A stretch of DNA of 64,000 nucleotides from Planctomycetota bacterium (GCA_965222115.1 CBDCTJ010000003.1:480001-544000), one strand, 5' to 3'. Shown: positions 17,814 to 28,820, counted from the first letter of the stretch. Numbers and translations are program-made. The notes: generated by a model from the sequence alone, not told the origin.

Positions 17814-18542
17814 CTACTTCATCTCACCCTTGGCGTCCCACTGGTCCCACTCACCGAGCCGTTTGCCGTCTTGCCAAACTCCTTGTTGGTGCAGCTCTCC
17901 ATTTTCATGCCACGTCCTACCGGGGCCGTGACGTTTCCCATGCCTGAACAAGGTCGCTTCTTTCTGATTTCCGTTCTTGTGGAATGACTCGAATTCACCG
18001 TGATAGCGACCCGCCTTGTGATCTGCACGAACATGAATCTTTCCGTTCGGATACCACGTGGTGAATACGCCGTCTTCCTTGCCATGCGCATATGTGCCTC
18101 GGCCAGCGATTTGACCATCCCGATACCACGAGGTGTACTCGCCATGCAAGACGCCATTTAAGTAGTGGCCCTCGTTCAACTTGGTGCCATCGCCAGCGTA
18201 GTTAATCCAGTGCCCCTCGGGTTTGAGTACGTAGCGTCCCTTTTCATAATAAACCTTGAGCGTACCGTGAGGCACACGAACGAGTTCACTAAGCGCCTGC
18301 TCATCAACCGTGGATTTCGAACCCGTCGGCAGGGACTTTGATCGTGGCTTAGGGCCAGGGTCCTTGGAACCTTCTTTGGAACGCAATGGTTGGTTCGGCA
18401 GAAGCATGGGCGCCGACGCGGGCTCCTTCGTTGAGGTCTCAATTGGCAGGTCAGAGGAAGCTGTATCGGTCGAGGCGGTAAGACGACCGAGGGCAAAGCC
18501 GGCTCCGATAAGAAGGATTAGCGTGATAACACGTATAGCCAT
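17814..18542 (-). CDS. MORN-variant repeat (YwqK-like) protein with N-terminal anchor
   Basis: Repeats EGHYLNGVLHGEYTSWYRDG, GTYAHGKEDGVFTTWYPNG. Confidence 0.85.
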   Translation of the reverse strand: MAIRVITLILLIGAGFALGRLTASTDTASSDLPIETSTKEPASAPMLLPNQPLRSKEGSKDPGPKPRSKSLPTGSKSTVDEQALSELVRVPHGTLKVYYEKGRYVLKPEGHWINYAGDGTKLNEGHYLNGVLHGEYTSWYRDGQIAGRGTYAHGKEDGVFTTWYPNGKIHVRADHKAGRYHGEFESFHKNGNQKEATLFRHGKRHGPGRTWHENGELHQQGVWQDGKRLGEWDQWDAKGEMK

Positions 18543-18715
18543 GTCTCCAGCTTAACCCGAACCGAGCGACGAGAGACCGGGTTGTATCCAGTTGATCTTG
18601 TCGCTGCACTCTTGTCGTTGGGCATGAGGACCTTAGTGCGATATCCTAGAACGATCCTATGCGCTATGAGTCGCCAGAATCTCTGATAGCTCATTCGGGA
18701 TCGGAGCGAAGCTAG

Positions 18716-19393
18716 ATGCAATTTAGTGGCCGATGCACGCTAGCGTTTCGATTACTCATGCTAGTGACCTGCCTAGCTACTGCGTCTGCCTGCGGAACGA
18801 AGTCGGGGCCGCCTGATCGGTCTATGCAAATCAACAAGGCCGTACTGACCTACTTGCTCGAGAATCATCTCGGTGTCGAAGATGACGAAGGGGCGCCGGC
18901 AATGTTGGTGATTGATCCCGCGAGCCGGGCGTTACGAACGAACAAGAGGGACTGGGTGAAACACTGGGCGTGGGTACGAGGCGACGGACCTCGCCACAAC
19001 CTAACTCCCTTGCCTGGATTGCGCCATGACACGTGCGTCAACTATGTAGCGTCCAATCGGCACACGCGAGACCACGTACTCCCCTTTGATGCACCACTGC
19101 CAGTTGTGCTGCTACGCGAGGACGAGTTCTCGAAACGGAGCGAGTACCGAGGCGTCGCCCACAATAGGGCGTATGAGACCTCACCTGCGTGGCAGTGGTT
19201 TCATGTCCGTTATCCACGGGCCAATGCACACATCCGCTTGTCCTACCCCGGCTTGGGCGATGACGGCAACCAAGCCATTGTGTGGGCATCGGTGTACCGA
19301 GGCTCGCTGAGTGGTTGGGGTGGATACTGCTTGCTGGAACGCGTAGACCAGCGGTGGAAAGTGACGAAGTTGTGCATCACGGTCATATCTTAG
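18716..19393 (+). CDS. Hypothetical lipoprotein
   Basis: Signal with ASAC; 225-aa ORF. Confidence 0.6.
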   Translation: MQFSGRCTLAFRLLMLVTCLATASACGTKSGPPDRSMQINKAVLTYLLENHLGVEDDEGAPAMLVIDPASRALRTNKRDWVKHWAWVRGDGPRHNLTPLPGLRHDTCVNYVASNRHTRDHVLPFDAPLPVVLLREDEFSKRSEYRGVAHNRAYETSPAWQWFHVRYPRANAHIRLSYPGLGDDGNQAIVWASVYRGSLSGWGGYCLLERVDQRWKVTKLCITVIS

Positions 19394-19469
19394 ATGACTA
19401 ACAAGATCGCGCCCGTGGACGCGCCGACGACTTCTAATCTGATTGACGAGAGGTTGATAACATACGCCG

Positions 19470-20948
19470 ATGCACCGCCCGCTACTGCTAGTCGTTTCCG
19501 CGCTGCTCCTACAGCCGGGATGTGGCGGGTCAGGCGGTAGTAGCACCAACATTGCACCCATGCTGCCGGAACTGATCGTTCGCGAGAGTTCACCGCATGA
19601 GTTGGCGCCCCCCTACCTCGATGACATCGATGCGTTCTGGGCACGCAGCGATATCTACGTCATGCGGCCGGATGTTGAGCCGCTTGATCGATGGCCCGAC
19701 GAAGTGCTTGCGCCACTAGATCACAGCATACGTATCATTGTGATGTTGCCGGGTGACTATCGAGGACGTTCAAACGGGACGGCGAGCGATGGCTGGCTCT
19801 ACATTCCTCAGTCGGGGACCGCGACGGAACCAATTCTCGTTGTCTATAGCCCGACGGTTGGTGCAGACATCCTAGCGGAGCCGCATCCCGCAGAGCGACT
19901 GGGCCAGAGCGAAGCTCAACTCATTGCGGTGCGCGTAATAGGAAATGCTCATCAGTTCTTTCACGGGCTGACTTTTGCGGATGGCTATGCACCCTGTCTA
20001 CTTCATGGTACAAGCCACTGCGTGTTCGATCGTTGCCTTTGGCATGAGGTGCTGGGCCAACCACTCAGGATCCGCTTCGATGCGCGAAGCAATATGGTTC
20101 AGCGATGCGTGTTTCGACGCTTCGAAAGGACGCTCTGGGGGCACGGCGACAACGTCGCGATTCAGGTCAGCGATGGCGTCTGCACACACAATCAGATCGT
20201 TAGCAATGTCATTCTGAACTACACGGACTCGTATCAACATACGGATCGCGATGGAGATCCATACGGATTGGGTGCCGGCACGCTGATTGACAACAATGTC
20301 TTTGGCTTCACGTCAGAGGCTTACTTACAGGAAGGGGCGAATGAGCTTCTGTGTGGAGAAAACGCCATCGATCTCAAAATGGGAGGAACACAGGCCGAGC
20401 CCGTCATGGTCACGAACAACGTGTTCTTTGGTGCACGCGCGAGCAAGGTGGGTTGTGCCGCCTCAGGTTCTGGCGGATACGCCGTTACGTTGCATCGTCT
20501 CGGGACGTGGATCCACATGGAGGGGAACCTCTTTGTCGATAACGACAGCGCGTTGTTTCTCAACAGTATGTTCTTGAATGCGGACCCGGCACAGGGCCGA
20601 ATCAATCCCGAGTGGCGCTTCGTTGACAATGTGTTCACGGGTGTTCGTAGCTATGCTGATGCGTTTCCGAGTCGTACGGGTCGTGTCATGTCTGGCTTGA
20701 GTCCCGCACTATTCGAATCGAATTGGGTGATGGATTCGGACCGCTTGATGGACACGGAACCCGCCTCGGGCCCTTGGTCGCTCGACATTCTAAGCAACCA
20801 GTTCGTGGGTCCAATCGTCCTCTATCCGCGCAATCAAGGCCAACTCGAAGCCGATGGGAACGTTTTTGTCGCAGCGAGCATGCACAAGATCGTTCGCTAC
20901 GCGATTCCTTGGCACGATCGCGAGCTGGAATTCAAAGCGCCTCGGTAG
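19470..20948 (+). CDS. Right-handed parallel beta-helix lipoprotein (pectin-lyase-like fold)
   Basis: Lipoprotein signal QPGC; IVSNVI, LIDNNVF, ENAIDLK, VTNNVF, MEGNLF repeats. Confidence 0.7.
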   Translation: MHRPLLLVVSALLLQPGCGGSGGSSTNIAPMLPELIVRESSPHELAPPYLDDIDAFWARSDIYVMRPDVEPLDRWPDEVLAPLDHSIRIIVMLPGDYRGRSNGTASDGWLYIPQSGTATEPILVVYSPTVGADILAEPHPAERLGQSEAQLIAVRVIGNAHQFFHGLTFADGYAPCLLHGTSHCVFDRCLWHEVLGQPLRIRFDARSNMVQRCVFRRFERTLWGHGDNVAIQVSDGVCTHNQIVSNVILNYTDSYQHTDRDGDPYGLGAGTLIDNNVFGFTSEAYLQEGANELLCGENAIDLKMGGTQAEPVMVTNNVFFGARASKVGCAASGSGGYAVTLHRLGTWIHMEGNLFVDNDSALFLNSMFLNADPAQGRINPEWRFVDNVFTGVRSYADAFPSRTGRVMSGLSPALFESNWVMDSDRLMDTEPASGPWSLDILSNQFVGPIVLYPRNQGQLEADGNVFVAASMHKIVRYAIPWHDRELEFKAPR

Positions 20949-20987
20949 GCGTCGATGACGCGCTGCGCGCCGTAGCGACGCACCACG

Positions 20988-22211
20988 TTACTTCACCGTG
21001 GGCGCATCTTTATCGCCGGGCGACTTGCTCTCTCTTGATGAGCCCTTCGCCTCTGATGGTTGCTCCCCTTCCACCTCTACGATCCACTTGTACTCTTGCC
21101 TGGGCTGGGCATTGGTGATTCCGCTTCCGCGCGGATACATAAGAGGTGCGACAATGACATTGGATACAAATTCGCTTCCGGTGGCGTCATCGACAGGAAT
21201 GTTGGGCTCAATGTGAAATGCAAGAAACTTGCCTACGGTGCGTCCAAAACCAAGGCTCATGGGTGGCTTGGCAACTTCGGCGAGGAATGGATCTACAGGG
21301 ACCCAGCCAACGTCTTTCGCATAGAACTCGGCGCGACCGTGATAGTGGTCGGGGGTCTTCTTCGGATCCTTGTCACGAATTGCCCAGCGCCCTGCAAGAA
21401 AGCGCGCTGGCACCTTGTTGGCACGCAACACAGCAATAAAGAGCGACGCGACCGCGGCGGCATACATTCTTTTCACGGTCAGTCCGTCCGATGCGCGATA
21501 ACAGTAGGCAGCCTTTGTTGAGATTTCGTATTTCGATACAAGGTAGGAGAGTACACGCCACGCGTATGCAAGGTCGCGTTCCTTGCCACCGCGCTTCAGC
21601 CCACTCTCGCGAATCCACTTCTTCATTTTCTTGGTGCGGTAGTCATACAGCGGCGTGTCTCGAAGGTAGAGCCGCTTTTCAGCGCTCGAGAGTGACTTGA
21701 CTTTTTCGGCGGGCTCTCCGGGTTGCAAGTCCACGGGATAGAGTGCGGCGCGCATAGAGAATCGACACGAAAGCGACGACGCACTACTAGCCCGTCGCGT
21801 ATCCACTTTTGCGCGGTGGAGACGCCGCTTCCCCTTGCCGTTCTCTTCAATTTCGTCGGTCTTCCAATCGGCACCTGGATCGGGATCGCCTGCGGGTCCA
21901 AGCGATTGGTGCAGGAGGTCCTGCGTAGTTAGCTGTGGAGCGACACAGGCATACAACACCCAATCCTTGCATGTCAGCCCCGGATAGGTCGTGTGCGCGA
22001 GAACGCATGCATCCACCGTACGCGGTTTCACACGCACTAGCTGAAAGGCGCCCACAAAGATTCCATCGAAAACGTCACGAGCAGGCTGCTTAGAAGGCGC
22101 ATCATCCTTGGCGTGCAAGGGCGGCAGCGAAAGTGAAGCCACGGCAGCAAACAACATCGTTAGAAGCACGCCACGTTGTAACCTCCGGCACAGGTTCATT
22201 GGATCCCCCAA
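20988..22211 (-). CDS. Secreted transglutaminase-like protein, catalytic Cys apparently replaced
   Basis: LFIAVLRANKVPAR, HGRAEFY..GWVPVDP; Ala at the expected Cys position. Confidence 0.8.
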   Translation of the reverse strand: MGDPMNLCRRLQRGVLLTMLFAAVASLSLPPLHAKDDAPSKQPARDVFDGIFVGAFQLVRVKPRTVDACVLAHTTYPGLTCKDWVLYACVAPQLTTQDLLHQSLGPAGDPDPGADWKTDEIEENGKGKRRLHRAKVDTRRASSASSLSCRFSMRAALYPVDLQPGEPAEKVKSLSSAEKRLYLRDTPLYDYRTKKMKKWIRESGLKRGGKERDLAYAWRVLSYLVSKYEISTKAAYCYRASDGLTVKRMYAAAVASLFIAVLRANKVPARFLAGRWAIRDKDPKKTPDHYHGRAEFYAKDVGWVPVDPFLAEVAKPPMSLGFGRTVGKFLAFHIEPNIPVDDATGSEFVSNVIVAPLMYPRGSGITNAQPRQEYKWIVEVEGEQPSEAKGSSRESKSPGDKDAPTVK

Positions 22212-22669
22212 CTAGGACAGGCACGTCCCTGTTGATCTATACGATTGTCTGGCATCGCCATACTATGCTCGAATCAGAATCTCATCCCAATGCAATCCAG
22301 GGGCTATTCATGAATCTCAGCCATGTACGAGCGCTTGGCATTGCCGCTATCTTCGTGGCAATCACGTTCTTGGCATGGACGTTGTGCTTGCCTATTGGCC
22401 TCAAGGTGTGGAGTACCTGCGACCTGCAAACCTAACGCTCCATCCCGATGTGGGAGAGCTTCGATTTCGAGCAAGGCGGTCCGTCCAAACGGCGGGTTGT
22501 TTAGGCATCTCCTAAGCTTTCTCACTGAAATCAGACTTGCAAGACAAGCACGCAACTAGGACAACAAGCGTCGGAACAAACTCTCTCATTGACCCTAAGG
22601 ACAATACGTCTAATCAACTCGCGCTACTCTGCCGTCCCGAGGTCTTTCCAATGCTGCAGAAGATGGTTG

Positions 22670-23758
22670 TCACCGCCCTCCTCGCCGCCCTCCAGGAGGA
22701 ATCCCAGGATCCGTCACGGGAATCTCCGACTCCCACGGCGCAACACCTTCACGGCGCGCGGCGCGGCGTTGGTCGCGGGTGTCTTTGGTGGCGGATTTGA
22801 ACTTTGATAGTCCCTTGTTGAACATGGCCGCGACTGATTGTTCGTTTGCCTTGGCAGTAGCGCTTTCGAGAACACTTCCGGTTAATCCGAAACGGCCTGG
22901 CTGAATGACGAATATGCCCTCTGCCTTAGGCATGTCCTTGATGGTACTTAAGTCTTTGCGATCGGAGACGACGATGTACTGCAGTCGGCCCACGAACGCC
23001 TGGCTCCACGCGAGCGTTGCAAGTGTTTTCGTCATGACGTCGCGCGTGGATTTTGACCTTGCGTAGGCGACGACGAGAGGCTGATTGTCGCAAGCGGCTA
23101 CATTGAGCGCACGCCGGAAGTCCAAACCTTGTGGTAGCGCCTTGATGGACGACTTGGGCTTGTGGCGCTTGCGATGAGCATCCAACACGGACGCCAACTT
23201 GCTTGCCTCTTTCGTGTCAACGCCCCCACCGGATGAGTCGGGAGGACCTGAGCGACGCTCCGGTGGACCACGACGCGCTCCGGTAACGCTATGGGGCCCG
23301 CGACCGGCGCGACTGAGCGGGGTCTTGCCATCGGGTGCAAGCAGCGCAAAGGTCGTGTTCTCAAGATTGCCGGAACGACCCGTGAAGATGCCCTCGAGGA
23401 ACGCACCCTCTGCCTTGTTCTCATAGGTGGCAAGTCGAACACAGATCCACTCGCGCGAAGCAGCCACGACCGTGGCATCGAACAAGACACGCTTGTCCGT
23501 CTCTTGCTTACCCGGTCACCAGATGCCGGGCGTACCCTTGCACTGCGGCGCGGCGGACGTGAGGAGAATCGGGCGACCGGTTCGTTTCGCTTCTGCGGCA
23601 GCTTCCTTCCACGTACCAAACCACTGGATCTTTGCGGCGGGGCCTGGCGTTGTCTCTTTTCGCTCCTCCTTGGCCCACGAACTGGGTGCCGCCGTCGATA
23701 CGGCGCCGAACATAATCAGTGTCAATACCGAGAATACGGGCTGGCGTTTGAAGTTCAT
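22670..23758 (-). CDS. Secreted thioredoxin-fold protein with in-frame UGA (putative selenoprotein, 362 aa)
   Basis: ORFs 23516..23758 and 22670..23485 share a frame and are separated only by TGA at 23516-23518; reads PQCKGTPGIW-U-PGKQETDKRVLFD; hairpin follows. Confidence 0.7.
23481..23508 (-). promoter_or_regulatory. Candidate bacterial SECIS element
   Basis: Minus strand AGCAAGAGACG-GACAAG-CGTGTCTTGTT; loop starts with G, 18 nt after UGA. Confidence 0.55.
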
Positions 23759-24041
23759 GAGTCATCTCCGTGAGGGGCTTAGATCCTTGGAAGCTATTCG
23801 CAGAATCTAACGAAATTCTGAAGGGCGATCGATTCGCGCGCCGAACCGAGCACCAACGGTGCTTAAACAACGGCGATCAAATCGAGTTTCGGGGAACTTG
23901 AGCATGTTGCTTGGACGATTGTGTCGTCACGCACCTCGCCCCTCTGCGTGCCTAACTCAATCCCCCAAGCGTATCCAAGGAGCCCGCCCCAACGAAGCGT
24001 TGCGATGGACCGACAAACGCGAGTCGTACTGTCGATTCGGC

Positions 24042-24515
24042 TCAACGCGAAACGTACAGGGACGACAGATCTGCCAGTTCTTCATGGAAGTAGTAAGCAA
24101 CACCCGCCGAGCAGCGAACGAGAGCTGTGCGCGGTGCTTCACCCGCGAGACTGCCCATAACAACTTCTAGTGCTACTGACCGACCGTCCCAGGCTGGATC
24201 CAAGGACGTGACGTAGCATCGACGGTCTACGCCAAGTTTCCGGAGTAGCTTCAATGCACTCGCGCCCGGCTCACAGGGACGTCGAGTGAATGCCGCGTCC
24301 TCTTTTCGGAGCCAGTGCTCGAGGCCGGCGATCATTTGATTGTATTTCCCTCGCTTCTTGAGGCTCTTCTTTGAGAGTCTGAACGGGAGTTCGCGCGTGG
24401 ACGCGATCTCAAGGAATCGATCTCGTCGATCTGGCGCGATCAAGGTCGCGGCTATTTGGTGTTCAAATCGACTACGATCAACGGCACTCGACAATTCAAG
24501 AGTAGGTGTGCTCAC
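24042..24515 (-). CDS. Hypothetical protein
   Basis: GGAG then GTG 24515; IAPDRRDRFLE..CYVTS..WDG. Confidence 0.6.
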   Translation of the reverse strand: MSTPTLELSSAVDRSRFEHQIAATLIAPDRRDRFLEIASTRELPFRLSKKSLKKRGKYNQMIAGLEHWLRKEDAAFTRRPCEPGASALKLLRKLGVDRRCYVTSLDPAWDGRSVALEVVMGSLAGEAPRTALVRCSAGVAYYFHEELADLSSLYVSR

Positions 24516-24822
24516 GTTACGATCTCTCCGAACGCAAGATGCGATCCACGAGTTGGCCCAAAGCCTGGAAGTAGCTCTCGACAATTCCCCGCATCGCGTC
24601 TGGCAGTCGCTCGTCCTACTGCCTTGTTTCGACCGCGTACGAGCGCCGCGGCAAATCGAGCGTGTTGTCGCAACTGCCGCGGATTCGTCTCGCGCACAAA
24701 CGATGTAATCCAGTATTTACAGCCGTATATCGACGCTGCCGTCCGGCGGTTCCATGCATTGGCTTTCATCCCATAACTCATGCGGACGACAGCCCCCGCA
24801 ATTTACTCGTGGAACTCGCGTA

Positions 24823-27276
24823 CTACTTTGCGGCGTTCTCCAAAACGTACATATAGCTCTCGACGGTTCCGCGCATCTCGATCGGAAGTCGCTTGTCCAC
24901 AATCAATGCGCGAAACGCTTCGATGGCCTGCGCACGATGATAACCAAGCTGAACGATCATGCTGAGCACAGTTGACAATTCGGGATCAGTTGGATCCAAC
25001 AGTTCAATCATCGCGCTTTGACCTTTGGAGCCCATAAGTTGAAGCGCGATCGGCACATCGAGGCGATCGGGAGCATTGCGATCAGCGAATCGCTCCCGAA
25101 GCGCTTCAAGCACGAGACCCGAGTCAGGCGCGATGAGTGCAAGCACGCTTGCGAGATGAGGCTCACGAACATCCGCGGGCTTCTTGAACATGGTAATCAA
25201 GCGCGTGAGCATGGGGCGTCCGCGCTTGCCGAGTGCTGCCGTCAATTGCGTGCCCGCTTCACGGGTTTCGGGGTTGTCCGAATCCAAGAGACGCGCCGCC
25301 AACCGGAGCAACTTCTCGCGCTCCCCAACTACCGTACCGAACGCTCTGTCTGCAGCCAAAACCCGCCCCGCACGAGCGGCCTTGATGGGATCGTCGCCAT
25401 CCAATCGGCGCTGCAGTTCTTGATGTGTGCGCCTGGGAAACACAGCAGCGAAGCTCTGAAGCGTCATGACAATGCGGTTCGTGTGAACCTTCGAGTCGGA
25501 GATATCCAGCGCGCGAAACAGATGGGGCACAAACGCCTCTTCAAACACACCAACGCCATACATGTTGGCGGCGAGTTCAACAAGCATGCGTGGCTCGAGG
25601 CTCGCCAACATGCTCTCTGCCTCTCCAACGACGCGTGCTCGGTCGACTTGATCTAGCTCCTTCAATGCGAGCCCTGGCCGATGGGTAACGATCATGCCCA
25701 CCCGACCGTCACGCGCCGTCGATCGTCGTAGTCCAATGAGCTTGCCCACGATCGCTTTTCGCGTTGCCGCGTCTACGTCATCGAGAATTCCCATAAGCAT
25801 CGCGGGTGTCGGTGCAGGCACGGCGGCGCGCTCCACAAGACTCATGGCGTAATCGCGTACATCACCATCCTTACTCTGTAGCGCTTCCAGGATCGCCAAA
25901 GGAAGGCCGCCCACTCGTTGAAGTTGAGCCTCAACGTCACGCTGAAGCGCCTCACTTCCCTTGGCGGCTGTGGCAAGTAGTGCACCGGTGGATGAGGAGT
26001 CCCCCGCCGAGATGCGCCGCAGCAATTCTAACGTCACATATCGCAAAGACCGGTCCGCTGACTCGTCGTGCAACGCACGCAATAGCGCCCGGCGCCACGT
26101 ACCAAGGTGAGGTTCGGAACGCGGAATACCTCGCTGAAGCGCCATCTGAAAGAGCCACGTACGCTCCGAACCGTCTAGCGATTGCAGAAGCTCGGCTATG
26201 TACCTTTGGATCGTTGGCCACAGCTCCCTCAATGCTGCACGCGCTTGTGTTGACCCATTGCGACCCTTCGCCAGCCGAAGTAACTCGGGCACTGCTGGAG
26301 CCGTAGCATCTCCGGCATGTCCAAGCGCCGCTGTGGCTACCGACCTAGCACGCGGATCAGCGCTGCGAAGCATTTCGAGCAACGCCGGGACGGCCTCCGA
26401 CTCCACACGTTTCGTAGCTGCAAGCGCACCAGCCGCCGCAATGCGCGTATGGGAATCGGGGTCATCAAGCATTGCAACGACTCTTGCTCGTGTGTCTGCG
26501 TCTGCGCCACGCGCCTTGAGCATTCGCTTCGCAGCAAACCTTCGCAGCAAAGGATGTGCAGCGCTCGACATTCGAACAAGAGTTTCGACGGCAACCGTGT
26601 CGGGTCGCCAACGCGCCATCTGCATCAGTGCCAGTCGCGCGACCCGTGCATCGCTATCTCCTGCAAGCGACTCGATCAAAACGCGCTGCCCCTTGCCCAG
26701 GTCCTTCGACTTGCCCAAGTGCTTGAGGGCAGTGAATCGGACGTGTGAATCTGGGGACGCCGCAAGGTGAATAATCAACTCAGGATCTAGCGTGACATTG
26801 AGATCGGAACGGGTATACACCTTCGCGGCATGGCGCGCGAGTTTCTTGTCGTATAGCAACTCTCTAACAACCGGCAAGAGTGCATCAATGCCCTGAGATT
26901 TCTCTATCACGTTCAACACGGCGATTCGATCGATCTGAGCATCGCGATGCAGCAAGCTGGCAAACGTGCTGGCTACCGAAGCGATGTCGAACGAACCGTC
27001 GTAAAAAACATCCAAGATGTATTGTCGCTTCTGTGTAGATGATTCCTCTCTAAGCGATTTTGCAAGCGCTGGAACGGCTGCCTGCCCCATCATACGCAAC
27101 GCTGCCCGCGCAGCCGATTGCCCCTTCGATTCCGACAGTTGTGTGATCCACCACGCGGCATCCTTTCCGCCATACACAGCTGGCGACGACTCTTCCTCGG
27201 CACATGCAACTTCGCATGCGCAAGTCGTACCTAAGATCAGGAACATCATGGCACAAGCGTAAGCAGTGACGCGCAT
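24823..27276 (-). CDS. HEAT/PBS-lyase repeat protein
   Basis: Many repeats such as LDDPDSHTRIAAAGAL, AVPALLEMLRSADPRARSVATAALG; signal-like N-terminus. Confidence 0.85.
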   Translation of the reverse strand: MRVTAYACAMMFLILGTTCACEVACAEEESSPAVYGGKDAAWWITQLSESKGQSAARAALRMMGQAAVPALAKSLREESSTQKRQYILDVFYDGSFDIASVASTFASLLHRDAQIDRIAVLNVIEKSQGIDALLPVVRELLYDKKLARHAAKVYTRSDLNVTLDPELIIHLAASPDSHVRFTALKHLGKSKDLGKGQRVLIESLAGDSDARVARLALMQMARWRPDTVAVETLVRMSSAAHPLLRRFAAKRMLKARGADADTRARVVAMLDDPDSHTRIAAAGALAATKRVESEAVPALLEMLRSADPRARSVATAALGHAGDATAPAVPELLRLAKGRNGSTQARAALRELWPTIQRYIAELLQSLDGSERTWLFQMALQRGIPRSEPHLGTWRRALLRALHDESADRSLRYVTLELLRRISAGDSSSTGALLATAAKGSEALQRDVEAQLQRVGGLPLAILEALQSKDGDVRDYAMSLVERAAVPAPTPAMLMGILDDVDAATRKAIVGKLIGLRRSTARDGRVGMIVTHRPGLALKELDQVDRARVVGEAESMLASLEPRMLVELAANMYGVGVFEEAFVPHLFRALDISDSKVHTNRIVMTLQSFAAVFPRRTHQELQRRLDGDDPIKAARAGRVLAADRAFGTVVGEREKLLRLAARLLDSDNPETREAGTQLTAALGKRGRPMLTRLITMFKKPADVREPHLASVLALIAPDSGLVLEALRERFADRNAPDRLDVPIALQLMGSKGQSAMIELLDPTDPELSTVLSMIVQLGYHRAQAIEAFRALIVDKRLPIEMRGTVESYMYVLENAAK

Positions 27277-27371
27277 GCGTGCGTTCTCCCTCCAGCCAGA
27301 GCAGCCGATGGAAGAGTATAGTCCCACAGAATGGGCGCGATGTCCGCCATCGAGTTCGGACGTGAATCTTG

Positions 27372-28175
27372 CTATTTGTGACTGAGGCGCCTCATTCGAT
27401 CTACCCGCAAACGATCGCGGTCATCAAATACGAGTCGCCTTGCGCCAAAGACGACGCCAAGCGTTCCAAGTGCAACGCCCCCAGCAATCGCGAGCAGGAT
27501 AAAGATCTGATAGCGCGCCGCTACGCCCGGATCGCCGCCCGCGAGGATCTGTCCCGTCATCATGCCGGGAATGCTGATGGCGCCGGCGGCGACCATCGCA
27601 TTCAGGATGGGCACCATACCAATGCGCACGGCACGGCGAACGACATCTCGCGAGGCCTCGGCCGATGTCGCGCCGTGGGCGAGCAGAATTTCGATTTCGG
27701 TGCGATCTTTGCGAAAGCCTTCGAGCACCGTTTCAAGACCAAGTGCGATACCGTTGAGTGTGTTGCCGAGCACCATGCCGAGAATCGGAATCGCATACTG
27801 TGGCTGATACCAAGGCTTCGTGCCAATGACCGCATTCAGCCCATAGAGCGTAACGACGAGCGAACTTACAAGCATTACGCCCATGCTCATGGCATAGATG
27901 CCGGGTACGCGATGTGTGGTTCGTCGAACGGCCTCAAATCCCGCAAGTGCAATCATGAAGGCCATCATCGCAACGACCGCCCACGGCCCCTCTTGTCGAA
28001 AGACCCATGTGAGTACGAGTCCGAGCAGCAACAACTGAATGACTCCACGCGCTACCGCGATGACAATGCGGCGACCCAAGCCAAGTCGGAGCGCAATCGC
28101 TACGCCCGCATTGAGAAGTATCAATAGCGACGCTAACGCAAGATCCACCCACCCTAGTGAAATCAACGCCATCAC
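27372..28175 (-). CDS. fetB: Iron export ABC permease FetB (UPF0014)
   Basis: IPILGMVLGN, ISIPGMMTGQILAG.DP..AARYQI. Confidence 0.9.
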   Translation of the reverse strand: MMALISLGWVDLALASLLILLNAGVAIALRLGLGRRIVIAVARGVIQLLLLGLVLTWVFRQEGPWAVVAMMAFMIALAGFEAVRRTTHRVPGIYAMSMGVMLVSSLVVTLYGLNAVIGTKPWYQPQYAIPILGMVLGNTLNGIALGLETVLEGFRKDRTEIEILLAHGATSAEASRDVVRRAVRIGMVPILNAMVAAGAISIPGMMTGQILAGGDPGVAARYQIFILLAIAGGVALGTLGVVFGARRLVFDDRDRLRVDRMRRLSHK

Positions 28176-28792
28176 GGAAACGACACCACGCGCGCACCCA
28201 CACGTGCCGCCAGTGCGTCTTCATGCGTCACCCACACAATCGCGCACTCACCACCGGAAACCCACGCCACCAGTCGTGACTCCCATGTTGCGGCGCGCGC
28301 CGGATCCATGGATGACGTCGACTCATCCAACAACAATGCAGTTGGGTTGCATGCCAGTGCGCGCGTGAGTGCCAATACCTGCGACTCGCCACTCGATAAA
28401 CGTTCGGTCGAAGCATTTGGCGCGAGTCCCTCAACGGATGTGTCGACATATTTCTCTTGCTGCACAGCAAGGTTCGCCACAACACTCATGCTGCTGGCCA
28501 CAGTCCCCGGAAGTCGCGCACCCTCTGGATGCACATAGACAACACGACTGCGCCACTCGGGCGCCGACATGGAGTCTAGGGTCATCCCTCGAAGCGCAAT
28601 CTGACCACGATCCGCCGGATCCAAGTCGGCGATTGTCCGCAACAGAAGCGTCTTACCCGACCCACTTGCTCCGCGAATCACGACAATCTCTCCCGCCGCT
28701 ACACCAAGATTAAAATCGCGAAACCATGGCGTTCGAGTGAGTCCCTTGATGGCAAGCAGTGGCGGCGGCGTGTTCACGGGGAGAGGGTACAC
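28172..28792 (-). CDS. FetA-like ABC ATP-binding protein
   Basis: GASGSGKT, LSSGE, LLDE, WVTH; overlaps fetB; start uncertain. Confidence 0.85.
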   Translation of the reverse strand: MYPLPVNTPPPLLAIKGLTRTPWFRDFNLGVAAGEIVVIRGASGSGKTLLLRTIADLDPADRGQIALRGMTLDSMSAPEWRSRVVYVHPEGARLPGTVASSMSVVANLAVQQEKYVDTSVEGLAPNASTERLSSGESQVLALTRALACNPTALLLDESTSSMDPARAATWESRLVAWVSGGECAIVWVTHEDALAARVGARVVSFP

Positions 28793-28820
28793 GGAGCACG
28801 CTGCACGCTACACTTCGAGC

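Noticed and set aside
22310-22507. Short ORF ending in ACCTAAC followed by ..GTTTAGGC, attC-like
   Set aside because: R' core and L-box pairing are poor, single instance, no integrase.
24512-24781. 89-aa ORF between HEAT gene and hypothetical gene
   Set aside because: No recognisable motif or clear RBS; cannot be supported.
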